This document shows, one piece after another, positions 49,993 to 61,017 of a DNA stretch of 64,000 nucleotides. The notes below the pieces were generated by a model. It worked only from the letters and a program-made list of their open reading frames with translations, was not told the origin of the DNA and did no database searches. Origin of the DNA: Candidatus Marinacidobacterales bacterium (GTDB lineage Bacteria > Acidobacteriota > Vicinamibacteria > Marinacidobacterales > SMYC01); assembly GCA_965237955.1 (NCBI GenBank), contig OZ250169.1:800001-864000 (forward strand). Direction: 5' to 3'. The position numbers and the translations under genes are program-made. Numbering within the stretch: position 1 is the first letter of the stretch; each line of letters opens with the position of its first letter.

Positions 49993-51981
49993 TCACTCGG
50001 GCTCCTTCTTGAACAGACGAGCCGCAGCTTCAAGCGCTTCTCGATCGCCCACCAGCACGACCGCATCTCCGGCACGGAAGCCGAACGCCGGATCGCGTCG
50101 GTAGAGGGCTTTTCCCGAGCGCACGACGGCGATGACGATCGCCCCGGTGACTCTCCGCAAGTTCAGCGAGGTGGAATTCTCGCCGAGTGCCGCGGCCCCG
50201 TCCTCGACTTCGACGACGTCGAGCGCTCCGTGGATGCCGAGGTGGCGCAGCGCGTCGAGCTTCAGGTCGGCGAGAGAGCCTTCCCGAAGCACCCTATAGT
50301 GCTCGTTGCGAACCGCATCCAGCTCACGATGGATGGTGTTGGTCGGAATTTCGTAGAACTCCAGAATACGGGCGAACAGCTCGAGCGTTGCCTCGAACTC
50401 CTCGACCACGACTTCCGTTGCGCCGAGACGCATGAGCTCGTCGATCGCCGCCACGTACCGGGTGCGCACCAGGATGCGTGCCGAGGGATTGAGTCGGTGC
50501 GCGTTCGCGACGCCCCGGCGCTCCTGCGTCGGATCGGCGATGGCGAAGACCACCGCCCGCGCGTTGGTGATCCCGACTTTCTCCAGTACGGCCTGTCGCG
50601 TTCCATCGCCAAAAAGGACACGATCTCCCTCCTCTCGCCCTCGGCGTACCGCCTCGCCGTTCTGTTCGAGAACCACGTAGGTGAGACCGGCGGCGCGAAG
50701 GACACGGGCCAGGTGCTGTCCGCTCAAGCCGTAGCCCACGATGATGGCGTGGTCGTGGAGGTTGGCGAGCTCCACCTGCTCCGCGGGGTCGAGCGAGACT
50801 TCCGGGATACGCAACAACCGGGACAGTCGCTCCGTCACCGGTCGAGCCCCCGCGACGAGAAAAGGCGTCAGCATCATCGTCAGCACCGACGACGCGATGA
50901 ACAGTTGATAGTGATGGTCGACGAAGAGGTCCAGCGGGGCGGCGACGCTTGCGAGAATAAAAGAGAACTCTCCCACCTGAGCCAGAGAGATCCCGCTGAT
51001 CAGACTGGTCCGAAAGCCACGCCTCAAGGTGAGCACCGCACCGGTGGTCATCGCGATCTTGAGGAGCAGAATCGCAACGGCCGCACCCAAAACGAGGACC
51101 GGCCGAGAGCCCACGAATCCGATATCGAGAAGCATGCCGACCGAGATGAAGAAAATCCCGCTGAACGTGTCTCGAAAAGGGCGAACGTCCGAAACGGCCT
51201 GGAGTCCATACTCCGATTCTGAGATCACCAGCCCCGCGAGGAAGGTTCCGAGCGCAAGGGATAGACCGAAACTCGCGGTCACGAACGCGGCTCCGACTCC
51301 GACGAACGCAACGCATAACGTAAAGAGCTCCCTGTTCTTCAAGAGGACGACTCGATCCAGGATCCAAGGAACGGCGACCCGTCCCGCCAGCATCAGGACG
51401 GCCACCACCAGCAGGCTCGTCGCAACCTCCGCCCAGAGGCCCACCAGTGGACCCGAGCCCACCTGCGCGAAGACGGGAACGAGGAGCATCAACGGCACCA
51501 CGCAGATGTCTTGAAAGAGCAGGATCGACACCACCACGCGCCCCGGCGGGCTATCCAGCTCGACTCGGTCCGCGTAGAGCTTCAGAACGATCGCCGTCGA
51601 GGAAAGAGCAACGAGCGATCCGTAGAACATCGCACGATTCCAGGGAGCCTCAAGCCACACGCTCACCGCGATCGCCGCCGCGACGAGGGTGCCCGCCACC
51701 TGCAGAACCCCTCCCTGGAGCACGAGGCGCCCCAGTCGGACAATCCGAGTCACAGAGAATTCGAGTCCGATGGTGAAGAGGAGAAGCATCACGCCGAGCT
51801 CCGCCAGTGAGCTCACCGTCTCGGGTCGGGAAATGAGTGCAAACCCGTGCGGTCCGATCGCCAGCCCTGCGAGGAGAAACCCTGCGACCGTGGGGAGTCG
51901 GGCGCGGTGTGCGAGGGCCGCTACCGGGATCGCGACCGCCAGCAGGATCACGAGGTCACGGAGGACGGTCAGTTCGTGCAT
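49993..51981 (-). CDS. CPA2 cation:proton antiporter (Kef-like) with TrkA-N and TrkA-C domains
   Basis: LLFTIGLEFS, LSSTAIV, FQD, QVGEFSF, IVGYG. Confidence 0.92.
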   Translation of the reverse strand: MHELTVLRDLVILLAVAIPVAALAHRARLPTVAGFLLAGLAIGPHGFALISRPETVSSLAELGVMLLLFTIGLEFSVTRIVRLGRLVLQGGVLQVAGTLVAAAIAVSVWLEAPWNRAMFYGSLVALSSTAIVLKLYADRVELDSPPGRVVVSILLFQDICVVPLMLLVPVFAQVGSGPLVGLWAEVATSLLVVAVLMLAGRVAVPWILDRVVLLKNRELFTLCVAFVGVGAAFVTASFGLSLALGTFLAGLVISESEYGLQAVSDVRPFRDTFSGIFFISVGMLLDIGFVGSRPVLVLGAAVAILLLKIAMTTGAVLTLRRGFRTSLISGISLAQVGEFSFILASVAAPLDLFVDHHYQLFIASSVLTMMLTPFLVAGARPVTERLSRLLRIPEVSLDPAEQVELANLHDHAIIVGYGLSGQHLARVLRAAGLTYVVLEQNGEAVRRGREEGDRVLFGDGTRQAVLEKVGITNARAVVFAIADPTQERRGVANAHRLNPSARILVRTRYVAAIDELMRLGATEVVVEEFEATLELFARILEFYEIPTNTIHRELDAVRNEHYRVLREGSLADLKLDALRHLGIHGALDVVEVEDGAAALGENSTSLNLRRVTGAIVIAVVRSGKALYRRDPAFGFRAGDAVVLVGDREALEAAARLFKKEPE

Positions 51982-52179
51982 GCGAAAGATCGAAGTCTAC
52001 CTCTCCCCCGTCCTGTGCCAAAACTCGGCCCAGTCGGCATCGACGAAAAACCACGCCTCTCGAAATCAGGCGTAACTCTAGCACACGAACAGGTTACGCG
52101 GCGGCCACCAACACTTGACTGCGGAAGCACCTTCGAGCGCGCAGCCGGACGGTAAGGTCAGGGCAAGGGCAACAACTCC

Positions 52180-52438
52180 CTCGAATCCTTCACCATCATC
52201 ACGACGACGGCCTCTCCAGAGCTTGCCGACATTCACCATCGACAGCCCGCAATCATCGCTCCCGACCGTTTCGACGACTGGCTCGACCCAACATCGCCGA
52301 TGCTAAGGCTACTCGACTTGGTACGTGAACCCTATGGCGGCCCTTAACGAGAAGCGTGCCGTTAGCACCAGAGTGAACAGCGTTCGGAACGACGACCCAG
52401 ACATTCTTGCCCCCAGGTCGGAGATGGGACTCTTTTGA
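52180..52438 (+). pseudogene. SRAP (YedK/HMCES) C-terminal fragment
   Basis: SFTIITT..IHHRQP..WLDP..VSTRVNSVRND; frameshifted. Confidence 0.75.
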
Positions 52439-52450
52439 CCGGCAGGGAAG

Positions 52451-53198
52451 AAACCATCCGTGCGGTCAAATGGAATCCCTCACGTGCTGCTCGTGACATT
52501 TCCCTGTTCGCTCATCTCAATTCCCTGTTCGCCTATTTCAAATTCCCTGTTAGGTCATCTTAAATTCCCTGTTCTTTCGGAACAGGGAATTGCCATCTAA
52601 CCATTTGAAATACCGATGGTTACCACGTGAAAAAATGGCTCGATCAGCCTCAAAATGGCCCAAATTCCCTGTTTTTCCCTGTTATTGATGGCTGCTAGCC
52701 GAGACCGGATAGCTCCGAACTGCACCATCCGCCACCTAGTCTGGCCAATTGTGGCACTGCAGAGACGGGTTGGATTTTCCGCGCGGTTTGCGGGGTTTTG
52801 CAGGGGTAGGTGTCACCAGAGACGCGCTAGAAGGGCTCAACGGGCCTCATTTTCGGTTTTCGTCTCTAATCCCGATTTTCGAGTGCCACGTTTGCGCCAA
52901 AGGGGGGGAGCGGGTCGCCGACAGGGCCGTGCAGCGTCGGAAAAGAGGCCGCCCGAGGGGTCCAGAATCAAGGCCAGGGCTACCGCGGCGTAGCCGGCTA
53001 GCACGTTCTGGTCCAGGTCTCCGCCCGGGAGCGTGGCATCGCGTTGCTGGACGGTGTTTTTGCTGCGCGTACGGGGACCCCGAATCGCCGACATCGCCTC
53101 CGACACGCCCCAGATCTGGGGCTCGCCATGGGTCGATGACGATCGAAACGGCCCGGCGCGCCAGTCTTGAGTTCGTTTGTGTTTTTGGACAGGACGGG
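52451..53198. repeat. TCCCTGTT-array element, copy 3
   Basis: Repeats at 52501, 52522, 52544, 52566. Confidence 0.85.
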
Positions 53199-53501
53199 CA
53201 CTCCCAAAGGAAACGGGGAGAAACAGATAGGCCGCGCCTACGGAGCACCGCGCCAGCCCTCGACCCTACCGGGTTCGCTGGCAATCAGCCAATCCCCAAG
53301 CTCGGCGCTCATGACGCCGCTTGATGGTCTTGACGACGTTCATGCTCGGTGCGACCCGATTGGGTACGAACTTCTCTTCGGAGAAACGGTTCTTCACTTG
53401 GACCCTCCCACTGGAGCTTCAGTCTATGCGACTTCCTTCAGCTGTGTTTGGGCCAGTTTTTGGCGGGCACACCACGGGCATCGCCTCGATGAAACGAGAT
53501 G

Positions 53502-54263
53502 TCATCCCTGGTCTTTTTTGAAATGATTCGCTCGATGCCATGCGAGCCGTTTCCGGTGCTCTTCTGTCAAGGGAATGGGATGATGCCAGCGCAGCTCGGT
53601 TCGTGCCGGCTCGCTCAGTGCAGGCGAGAACTCTGGTCTCCCGTCGTCATCGAAGGTTATTAGTCCCCTGTCAAAGGCCGCATCCCAAAGTGCTGAGAGA
53701 AGCAGTCCGTTGTGAATGTTCAGACGTTCGGCGTCGTCGGGGCAGTCCTTCCAGGGAATGATGTGCGAGGCGCGCAGCAAGTCTCGGTCCGTGATTCCGG
53801 TCAAGGGGCAGCGGCCTTGCCAGTAGGTCAGCAGACGGTCGCGAAAGATGTCTTGGCCAATGCGCTGAACGACGAGGCGCTCGGCCTCGGTGGTCTTCGG
53901 CAGGTTGCGGGTTGCGGCGCGGAAGTCTTTGAGCGGGGCTTCGGGCAACGCTACGCCAAGGGCATAGACCTTGGGCAACACTGCATAGAGTTCGGTTAGC
54001 GTGGCGAAGGTATAGCGGGCAAGACCGGGACCGGGCATGCCGGCGCGTGGATGCTCCAGTTCCTCGACGACGCCCGTGTGGTCGAGAGCGAGGAACCAGG
54101 GACCGGAAGGCCCCGTCGCGGAGAGGTAGATGGTCCCCTTCGCAGTCGTGGAGCCGTATCGTGCCCAGCCGGTCTTCTCTTTCATAGGGCGGCGATAGCC
54201 ATTCTGCCAAGCGGCCTTCCGGCATTCCTCAGCGACGACGAAGCCTTGAGGTATTTCGATCAC
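53502..54263 (-). CDS. HNH endonuclease
   Basis: RIGQDIFR..CPLTG..ASHIIPW..NGLLL..FDRG; GTGA overlap with the methyltransferase. Confidence 0.88.
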   Translation of the reverse strand: MIEIPQGFVVAEECRKAAWQNGYRRPMKEKTGWARYGSTTAKGTIYLSATGPSGPWFLALDHTGVVEELEHPRAGMPGPGLARYTFATLTELYAVLPKVYALGVALPEAPLKDFRAATRNLPKTTEAERLVVQRIGQDIFRDRLLTYWQGRCPLTGITDRDLLRASHIIPWKDCPDDAERLNIHNGLLLSALWDAAFDRGLITFDDDGRPEFSPALSEPARTELRWHHPIPLTEEHRKRLAWHRANHFKKDQG

Positions 54264-57200
54264 AAATCGAGTTCCGTGAATTGGCCACTCACCTCCATCT
54301 GATCCCACGCGGCGAGGACGAGGCGGCGAGTGCGGTATTCGCCGTATTGGCGGACTTCCTTTTCCTTGAGTACACGGAAAGTTTCCGAGGGATAGTCGGG
54401 GCCCTTCACGTCGGCGGGGTCGAGTATATAGCGCAGCTCGTCGCGGGTCAGACCGTAGGCGCGAGCGTAGAAAGCGTCGAGATCGGCGCGCAAGTAGGCG
54501 CGGCGTTTTTCATCCCAGGCGAAGGGGGGGCCTTCATAGCCGAGGTCCCGGGCGAAGGAAGTCATTGCGTGTGAGGTATAGGTGAGTTCGAGCACCTTTG
54601 GGGTAAGAAAAGTTACGCGCTCTTGCGTGTAGAAGCTAGGAGGGAGAAGCGTAATCTGGCGCATAGTGAAGAACTTAAAGGAAGTGCCCCCAACTTTCTG
54701 GCGTGCAATGAAGTCAGTCACAAGCGAGTTCAAATTCGCATAAAGAGCCGAAACTCTTGAGGTACAGTGGTCCGGAAGCATCAATAAAAACTTGTCGTTG
54801 TAGGCAACGCGCGGAACCAAACAAGCAATCACTGTCCGCTCGTCGGTCGCCCGCGCGATATCACGCCACCCCATCAACCAGCCTCGGGACCAGCCTTTGG
54901 CAATGAGGCGCTCGTTCACTTCAGTATCCGGCACCCAATAACGGGGGGCGGGCTCGCAGGTCGGACGCTGCTTTTCCGTCTGGCCAAGGTTGGCCGAGCT
55001 TTCGCCGTCCTCGTCATAGCCCGCCCAGCGATGATCGAATTGATGGATCATCTTCGCCTCGTAGAGCGGTACATAGCGCATGGCGCGAGGCCCACTGTCC
55101 GAAAGCGGCAGGCTGCCGCCGTCAATCTTGTCACCTGCCCGCGCGCCTTGTGAGGGGCGCTGAGCGGAGCAAACCCAATCGGTGCCTTCGCGCACAAACC
55201 CCGCTTCTGCTAGCTCCCGTGCAGTGCGGAACAGGGAGGAATCGTTGGACATGTCGAACAGTCGCGCGAAGCTCACGCCCCACGGGTTACCTTGCTTCCC
55301 CTTGGATTCGTCGATGAGTATCGGGGCGTTGGCGTAGATCTTTGCCGTCAGTTCCGCATCGGTGCGGGAGCGGAAGATGGGTACCGTACGGGTGTTGGGG
55401 TTGATCGCCGCGATCTGCTCTGGGCTAAGGGGAAAGTTTCGCTCCGGTTCTGCCAGTTGCGCCGGGTCGGTCAGGAAGAAAGCAAATCGGGCGGCGCCTT
55501 CGTTCCGTCCAAGAGTCAGCAGACTAAACTTTATCCTGCTGTCTATTGGGAACAATCGATCGCGGTTCTCGAAATCCACCAGTTGTGCGAGCCGCCGCTC
55601 TTCGACCAACGCGGCGAAGAATGCCGCGGTGGTGGCATCGGTGGCGATACCAGTGGGTACGATCACCCCGGCGCGATCACGCGTGAGGCGTGAGAACAAC
55701 TCGGCAAACAGCGCATAGGTGTTCACGTCACCCCGCCCGGTCAGGACGAATCGTCCTCCTTCGTCGTCGGGGATGCGCACGAATTCGCTGGTCGCCTCGG
55801 CCTGGTGTTTAGCGTCGATGAAGGCAGCATGTAAGGCATGCTCGGTACTGTCTTTGGGAGCTATTTCCAGCGCCTTGATCAGCCGTGCGCGCGCGGCCTT
55901 ATTCTGGGCACCCGCGATCTCCGGCGAACGGGCGGCGAAGAATTCCTGCTCCTGCAGCTTTATCCGTTCCCACGGAGGGTTGCCCAGGACCACGTCGAAG
56001 CCGTCGCGCGCCATGATGTCGGGGAACTCCAGCGGCCAGTGGAAGGCTCTGGCTTGACGGGCGGCCTCGGGTGCTCCCGTCATGGATTGCCGAATCGTGC
56101 CTTGGCTCAAGGCCAGCCAGACTTCGTCGGTCGTGGGCACAGTGCGTGCCTTGGTGCTCAAGGGCGTGCCCCCGATCTTCGGCAGAAGGAAGGCCCCGAC
56201 ATAGAGGTCCGACGCGGCCCGCGCGCTTGCAAATGCCTCCTTCTCACGCAGTTCTTGAAACCGCGTTGCCTTTGCGCCGATTTGCTCGACCGTGTCTTCG
56301 GGGAGGTTGCGGAAGCCCGAAAAATCCCCCGCCAGCGGCTTTATCGCCGGCAGTACCGCTTGGCCCGTGCTGAAGTCGAACTCGCCTTGGCCTGCCGTCG
56401 CGTCGCGGTTCGCTCTGAGGTAGTACTTCGCGGTGACCTTGTCATCTCCGGTCAACGGCTTGTAGGCAGCATCGGGAATGCCGTCCTCAAGAACCTTTAG
56501 ATCAAAGATACCGAGCAGCGCATCGCCGCAGCGGACCTGCGCGTCGAAGAAGCCGAGGGGCAGACCCGGGTCCACCGTCTCGATCCAGAGCGCTACCTTG
56601 GTGAGCTCTACGGCCATGGGATTGCGGTCGACCCCGTGGATGCAGCATCGCGCGACATCGCGGAGCGCATGGCGGAAATCGGCGAGCGAAGGCGTGCCTT
56701 CGGCCCGGATGCGAGCGAGTCGTGTGGCGATGCGCCTTGCCGCCGCCAGAAGAAAGTGGCCTGAGCCGCACGCTGGGTCGATCACAGAAAGCCTGAGCAA
56801 CGCTTTCGCCGGGTCCTTCGCCTCGGCTTCGATCCGCTCGGGCACGGGGTCGAGCGCGGTGTCGAGGAGTGCTTGAACGAGGCTGTCGGGCGTGTAGTAA
56901 GAGCCGGTAGTCTTGCGCTGATTGCCCTTCTGCTCCGAGACGTCGGAGGCGAAGACCAGCGCGCGGCCATCATCCGCCAGTTGCGGCTGGAGTTCGAGGA
57001 GGGATTCATAGACCGAGCCTAGCTCCTCAGTCTCCATTGCCCGCCAGTTGACCGGCACCATACCGCTTTGGTCGGAAAGCCAGGAGAGTCGATAGACGGC
57101 CTCCATGAAGGCGCTGTTCTGCAGGCGGGCAGAGGCTAGATGCGGCAACTGGTCGGCTCCGAAGAGGCCGCCGAGGGCAGGAAGCGCGAGCGCGTCTTCA

Positions 57201-58243
57201 CCGGTCGCGAGTGCACGGAAGACCACCTTCATGCCCTCGTAGCGGTCATAGTGGCGGTCCCACGTCGCACCGCGCACGCAGTGCGCCCTGAGCATCGCAA
57301 GACCATAGCCGTCGATATAGAGCGTTCGAGCATCCCTCTTGGCGTTGGTGGGATGGAGAAGATTCCGGTCCTCGGCCACCATCAAGAAGATGAGCCGGTA
57401 GACGAGGCGCAGGAGCTCGTTGAACCAGACCGTCAACGATAGCGCGCCTGACTGAAGCCGTGCGGCGAGGCTTGGGTTTACGTCGAGGAAGCTCGAGCCA
57501 AGAACGCGGAGGGCGACCTCGACCTGGCCTGCCAGCCGGTCCCTTGCAGCCTCTCCTTCGCGCGCACCGGCTTCCCGCCAACGTTCAAGGGCGCAGTCGG
57601 TGGCGGGGGTTCCGGCCGCCCCGAAGCGGGAACGGTGAATGAGAAGCCAGAGCGCCGCGAAGGAGGCCGCGTCCTCGTTGGTGAAGATCTGGCTGAGGTC
57701 GGCCTCGATATGGGCGGGCCGAGTGAGCGAGGCATTGTCGCGCAGCAGGCGAAGATGAACGCCGTTGGTGGCAAGGCCCCAGAGCGCCTCATCATGCTCA
57801 TTCAGATAGTCCTGAAGCGAGAACATGGGAGAACGCGACCTGTCGGTCGAAAGGGTTGGGCTGCGCCTTTCGAGTGACTCCAACGGAGGCACGACGATGA
57901 TCGGTACGCGTTGGCCTCCAGCGATGCAGGTAACCATGCCCGATGTGTCCGTGAGGTCGGCGAATCCGAAGGTTTCCTTCAGGAAGTCATGCGCGAAGCG
58001 GCGCGTCGCTTCTGCCGAGGGCGTGTCTATTTTGGTGAACCCATCGAAGTGCGCCTGTCCGACACGGAAAGCGAGGGAAATTTCCTCTCTGATGGTGAGT
58101 CCCTTGCGAACCTCGTAATCGTCTTCGGTCTGCTCCGCGGCCTCACGGCGGTCGATTTTCGCGACCATCGCCGGAGCAATCAGATTCCCCTCGAGCGAAA
58201 GCGCCGGCCAAGCGGACATATCGGTGACTTGCTTGCGCGCCAT
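54260..58243 (-). CDS. Large N6-adenine DNA methyltransferase (Eco57I/DrmMI-like)
   Basis: LGSVYESLL, GSYYTP, DPACGSGHF, GNPPW. Confidence 0.9.
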   Translation of the reverse strand: MARKQVTDMSAWPALSLEGNLIAPAMVAKIDRREAAEQTEDDYEVRKGLTIREEISLAFRVGQAHFDGFTKIDTPSAEATRRFAHDFLKETFGFADLTDTSGMVTCIAGGQRVPIIVVPPLESLERRSPTLSTDRSRSPMFSLQDYLNEHDEALWGLATNGVHLRLLRDNASLTRPAHIEADLSQIFTNEDAASFAALWLLIHRSRFGAAGTPATDCALERWREAGAREGEAARDRLAGQVEVALRVLGSSFLDVNPSLAARLQSGALSLTVWFNELLRLVYRLIFLMVAEDRNLLHPTNAKRDARTLYIDGYGLAMLRAHCVRGATWDRHYDRYEGMKVVFRALATGEDALALPALGGLFGADQLPHLASARLQNSAFMEAVYRLSWLSDQSGMVPVNWRAMETEELGSVYESLLELQPQLADDGRALVFASDVSEQKGNQRKTTGSYYTPDSLVQALLDTALDPVPERIEAEAKDPAKALLRLSVIDPACGSGHFLLAAARRIATRLARIRAEGTPSLADFRHALRDVARCCIHGVDRNPMAVELTKVALWIETVDPGLPLGFFDAQVRCGDALLGIFDLKVLEDGIPDAAYKPLTGDDKVTAKYYLRANRDATAGQGEFDFSTGQAVLPAIKPLAGDFSGFRNLPEDTVEQIGAKATRFQELREKEAFASARAASDLYVGAFLLPKIGGTPLSTKARTVPTTDEVWLALSQGTIRQSMTGAPEAARQARAFHWPLEFPDIMARDGFDVVLGNPPWERIKLQEQEFFAARSPEIAGAQNKAARARLIKALEIAPKDSTEHALHAAFIDAKHQAEATSEFVRIPDDEGGRFVLTGRGDVNTYALFAELFSRLTRDRAGVIVPTGIATDATTAAFFAALVEERRLAQLVDFENRDRLFPIDSRIKFSLLTLGRNEGAARFAFFLTDPAQLAEPERNFPLSPEQIAAINPNTRTVPIFRSRTDAELTAKIYANAPILIDESKGKQGNPWGVSFARLFDMSNDSSLFRTARELAEAGFVREGTDWVCSAQRPSQGARAGDKIDGGSLPLSDSGPRAMRYVPLYEAKMIHQFDHRWAGYDEDGESSANLGQTEKQRPTCEPAPRYWVPDTEVNERLIAKGWSRGWLMGWRDIARATDERTVIACLVPRVAYNDKFLLMLPDHCTSRVSALYANLNSLVTDFIARQKVGGTSFKFFTMRQITLLPPSFYTQERVTFLTPKVLELTYTSHAMTSFARDLGYEGPPFAWDEKRRAYLRADLDAFYARAYGLTRDELRYILDPADVKGPDYPSETFRVLKEKEVRQYGEYRTRRLVLAAWDQMEVSGQFTELDL

Positions 58244-58246
58244 GGC

Positions 58247-61012
58247 TCACGCCTCGCTCGGCAACAGAACGAAGAGGCCGATGACGTCAGGGGGCTGGAC
58301 GCCTTCCACGCTCACGCGCGATGCCGACCCTGCAGCCGCCCGCAGTCTGGCATGGTCTTCCGCAAGCTTATCAGCACGCACGCGTACGAACTCGCCGATG
58401 GGACCGGCCACGAGGTCGGGCAGATCTTCCTGCGCGCGTTGGATGAACCGATCCCTTGCCGTTGGAGCCAGATCGGCAGCGGCGGGTGTGTCGAGGAGCG
58501 TCTTTGCGGCATCGCCCGATGCGACAATGGTGCCGTCGTGCAAGGCGACCAGCGCGGCTTCTTCCGCGAGCAGCAGGCGTTCCTTTCGGGCATGGATTGT
58601 GAGCTTGAAGCGAAGCCTCAGAAGCGCGATCCACGTCACGCGTTCCACGGCTGGGGTCGGCCATGCCCCCACACGACCGATTCCAAGGTTGGCGAGCGTT
58701 TCGGGGTCGAGCGATGCCTCGACAAGCGCCTCCGCAAGGGTTGCGGTGCGGGGGTGGGTCCGTGTGAGAAGCGCTGTCCCTGAGGGGGCTGGCTCGGACG
58801 GGGCAAGCCGCACAGACCGGGACATACCTTGTTGCGCCAGGCGCTCGCGCAGTCCGGCTTCGAGCGCATGAACGTGGGCCACGAGGACCGACCTCCGTGG
58901 CTCCAGGGGGACGCCAAAACGCGACATGGTGCGTTCGATGAAGGTGCGAGCTGCCTCCGGCGAACCGAGGAAGCTTGCAGCCTTTTTCCATTCGGGAGCC
59001 ACTTCTTGCGGCTTCATAGTGTTCTGGGCGAAGCGAGTCCGGGAGCGTTTCTCCTTCTCCGAGACGTCGCGCCAACGGGTTTCGACGAGGCGAGCACCGT
59101 CCTTGAGACGCAGATCGAGTGTCATCTGCTCCCTACCGCCCTGGCGAAGCATCATCGAAGCCATGAGGGCATCGGTGACGGGGGCCCGTTCGTCCGGGAG
59201 GGGCACGGTCACGCCAGTCACCTTACGGATCTCCTCGGCCTTGCGCAGGATGACGTCCAGGACGGCACCGTCGATCGCGCTCGCCGGCGAGAACATCATG
59301 ATCGAATGGACGAGTTCGGCGGGCTGGCCGAAACGGTCGACGCGACCCTCCCGCTGCTGATGGCGGGTCGGATTCCACGAAAGATCGTAATGAACCACCG
59401 TGTCGAAGAGCTGCTGGAGATTGATCCCCTCCGACAAGCAGTCGGTAGCGACCAGAATACGCTGGACCTCTTTCTCGTCTTCCGCAGGCGCCATATCGGC
59501 GACCCGGTCCCGTCGCTCGTCCGGTGTGAGCACTCCAGTGACGGCCTCGACGCGCAACTTCGGGAAGGATTTCCGCAGGCCGTTGCGAACGTGCTCTGCC
59601 GTGGCAAGATACCGGCAGAAGACGACCGGGTTCGCGCCCTTCTTCAGGAGGGGAGTGAGGACACCGACCAGCGCGTCGAGCTTCGGATCGGGCTCCTTCG
59701 TCAGGCGTTCAGCGTGCCGGACAAGGCTCAGGAGGGCAGGATCCGCATCGAACGCCACGCTCGGCTCGATGTCGACGGCGTCCTCGTCATCCCCATCCTC
59801 GTCGTAGATCTGAGACTCTAGACGCTCGGCTTCATGCGTCATGCGGTTACGCAGTGCGCTCAGAGCTGCGGTGGTTGACGAGCCGATGCAACGCATCAAT
59901 GCCAGCGTTCCCCAGAACGCCAGTCGGCGCTCGCGCTGGCTGGTTCCCGCACGGGAGACCACGCCCAGGCAATAGTCGAGGACGGCTTCCTGGAAATCGA
60001 GATAGGCCTTCGATAGTGGATAGGGCGTCTCCGTAGTTTCGTGCTTCGGGAAGGCACGCTCCTCGCCCCATTCGCCAGATACCAAATCGATTCTTCGCCG
60101 CTGCACGAAGTGACGGGCCAGGCGCTCCCGGTAACGGGCGTCGTCGAAGCTCAGAGAGGCAAATTCCAGGTCGACCAGGGACAGAAGGCGTGAGAACGCC
60201 TCCTCATCACCCGAATGCGGCGTGGCTGTCAGCAGGATCATGCGCCGTTGCGGATCGCGGGCGAGACCTTGGAGAAGTGCAAACCGCTGCTGCTTACCTT
60301 TATGAGTGCCCACGCAGGCATGGGCCTCATCCACGATCACGAAGTCGGGACAAGCCCGGGCGAATCCCTCTCGCCGCTTCTCAGCCTTGATGTAGTCCAG
60401 GCTGACCACCGTGTAGGGATAGGCATCGAAAAGCGTCTGCGCAACGGGAAGGCCACGCTCCAGCCGCGCGGCGGAGCCCGATGTGACCGCTACGGGGTCC
60501 ATACCGAAGCGGGATTTCAGTTCGAGCACCCATTGTTCGACGAGGTGAGGCGGGCATAGGACCGAGAAGGCATCGACCTCGCCGCGATCCAAGAATTCCC
60601 GAAGGATGAGACCAGCTTCAATCGTCTTGCCGATACCCACGTCATCCGCTATCAAGAGGCGAGGCACTTGGAGGCGAAGCGCCATCAGCAGCGGCACAAG
60701 CTGATAGGTCCGTGGCTCGAAAGCGAGCTGCGCTGCTGAGCGGAAAGGACCGGCCCCGCGCCGGAGAGTGAGGCGAAGCGCATCGGCAAGAAGAGCCGCC
60801 TTCGACTGGACCGTTGGAACGGCGTTTTCGGGCAGGTAGAAGCGGGCAGGTCCGACGGGCTCGCTCTCGAGCCGGGGGTCGAGAAGAACAGTGTCCTTCT
60901 CGTTGCCGGAAAGGGGGCGCAGCGCGAGTAGGTGGTCTCGGGGTGCTGGTAAGGCAACCCATTCCCGACCCCGGGCACGGACAAGGTCGCCTGGAGCAAA
61001 GGAAAGAGGCAT
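58247..61012 (-). CDS. SNF2-like helicase (DrmD-like)
   Basis: IADDVGIGKT, VDEAH, LTATPH, SEGINLQ, QREGRVDR. Confidence 0.9.
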   Translation of the reverse strand: MPLSFAPGDLVRARGREWVALPAPRDHLLALRPLSGNEKDTVLLDPRLESEPVGPARFYLPENAVPTVQSKAALLADALRLTLRRGAGPFRSAAQLAFEPRTYQLVPLLMALRLQVPRLLIADDVGIGKTIEAGLILREFLDRGEVDAFSVLCPPHLVEQWVLELKSRFGMDPVAVTSGSAARLERGLPVAQTLFDAYPYTVVSLDYIKAEKRREGFARACPDFVIVDEAHACVGTHKGKQQRFALLQGLARDPQRRMILLTATPHSGDEEAFSRLLSLVDLEFASLSFDDARYRERLARHFVQRRRIDLVSGEWGEERAFPKHETTETPYPLSKAYLDFQEAVLDYCLGVVSRAGTSQRERRLAFWGTLALMRCIGSSTTAALSALRNRMTHEAERLESQIYDEDGDDEDAVDIEPSVAFDADPALLSLVRHAERLTKEPDPKLDALVGVLTPLLKKGANPVVFCRYLATAEHVRNGLRKSFPKLRVEAVTGVLTPDERRDRVADMAPAEDEKEVQRILVATDCLSEGINLQQLFDTVVHYDLSWNPTRHQQREGRVDRFGQPAELVHSIMMFSPASAIDGAVLDVILRKAEEIRKVTGVTVPLPDERAPVTDALMASMMLRQGGREQMTLDLRLKDGARLVETRWRDVSEKEKRSRTRFAQNTMKPQEVAPEWKKAASFLGSPEAARTFIERTMSRFGVPLEPRRSVLVAHVHALEAGLRERLAQQGMSRSVRLAPSEPAPSGTALLTRTHPRTATLAEALVEASLDPETLANLGIGRVGAWPTPAVERVTWIALLRLRFKLTIHARKERLLLAEEAALVALHDGTIVASGDAAKTLLDTPAAADLAPTARDRFIQRAQEDLPDLVAGPIGEFVRVRADKLAEDHARLRAAAGSASRVSVEGVQPPDVIGLFVLLPSEA

Positions 61013-61017
61013 TTCGG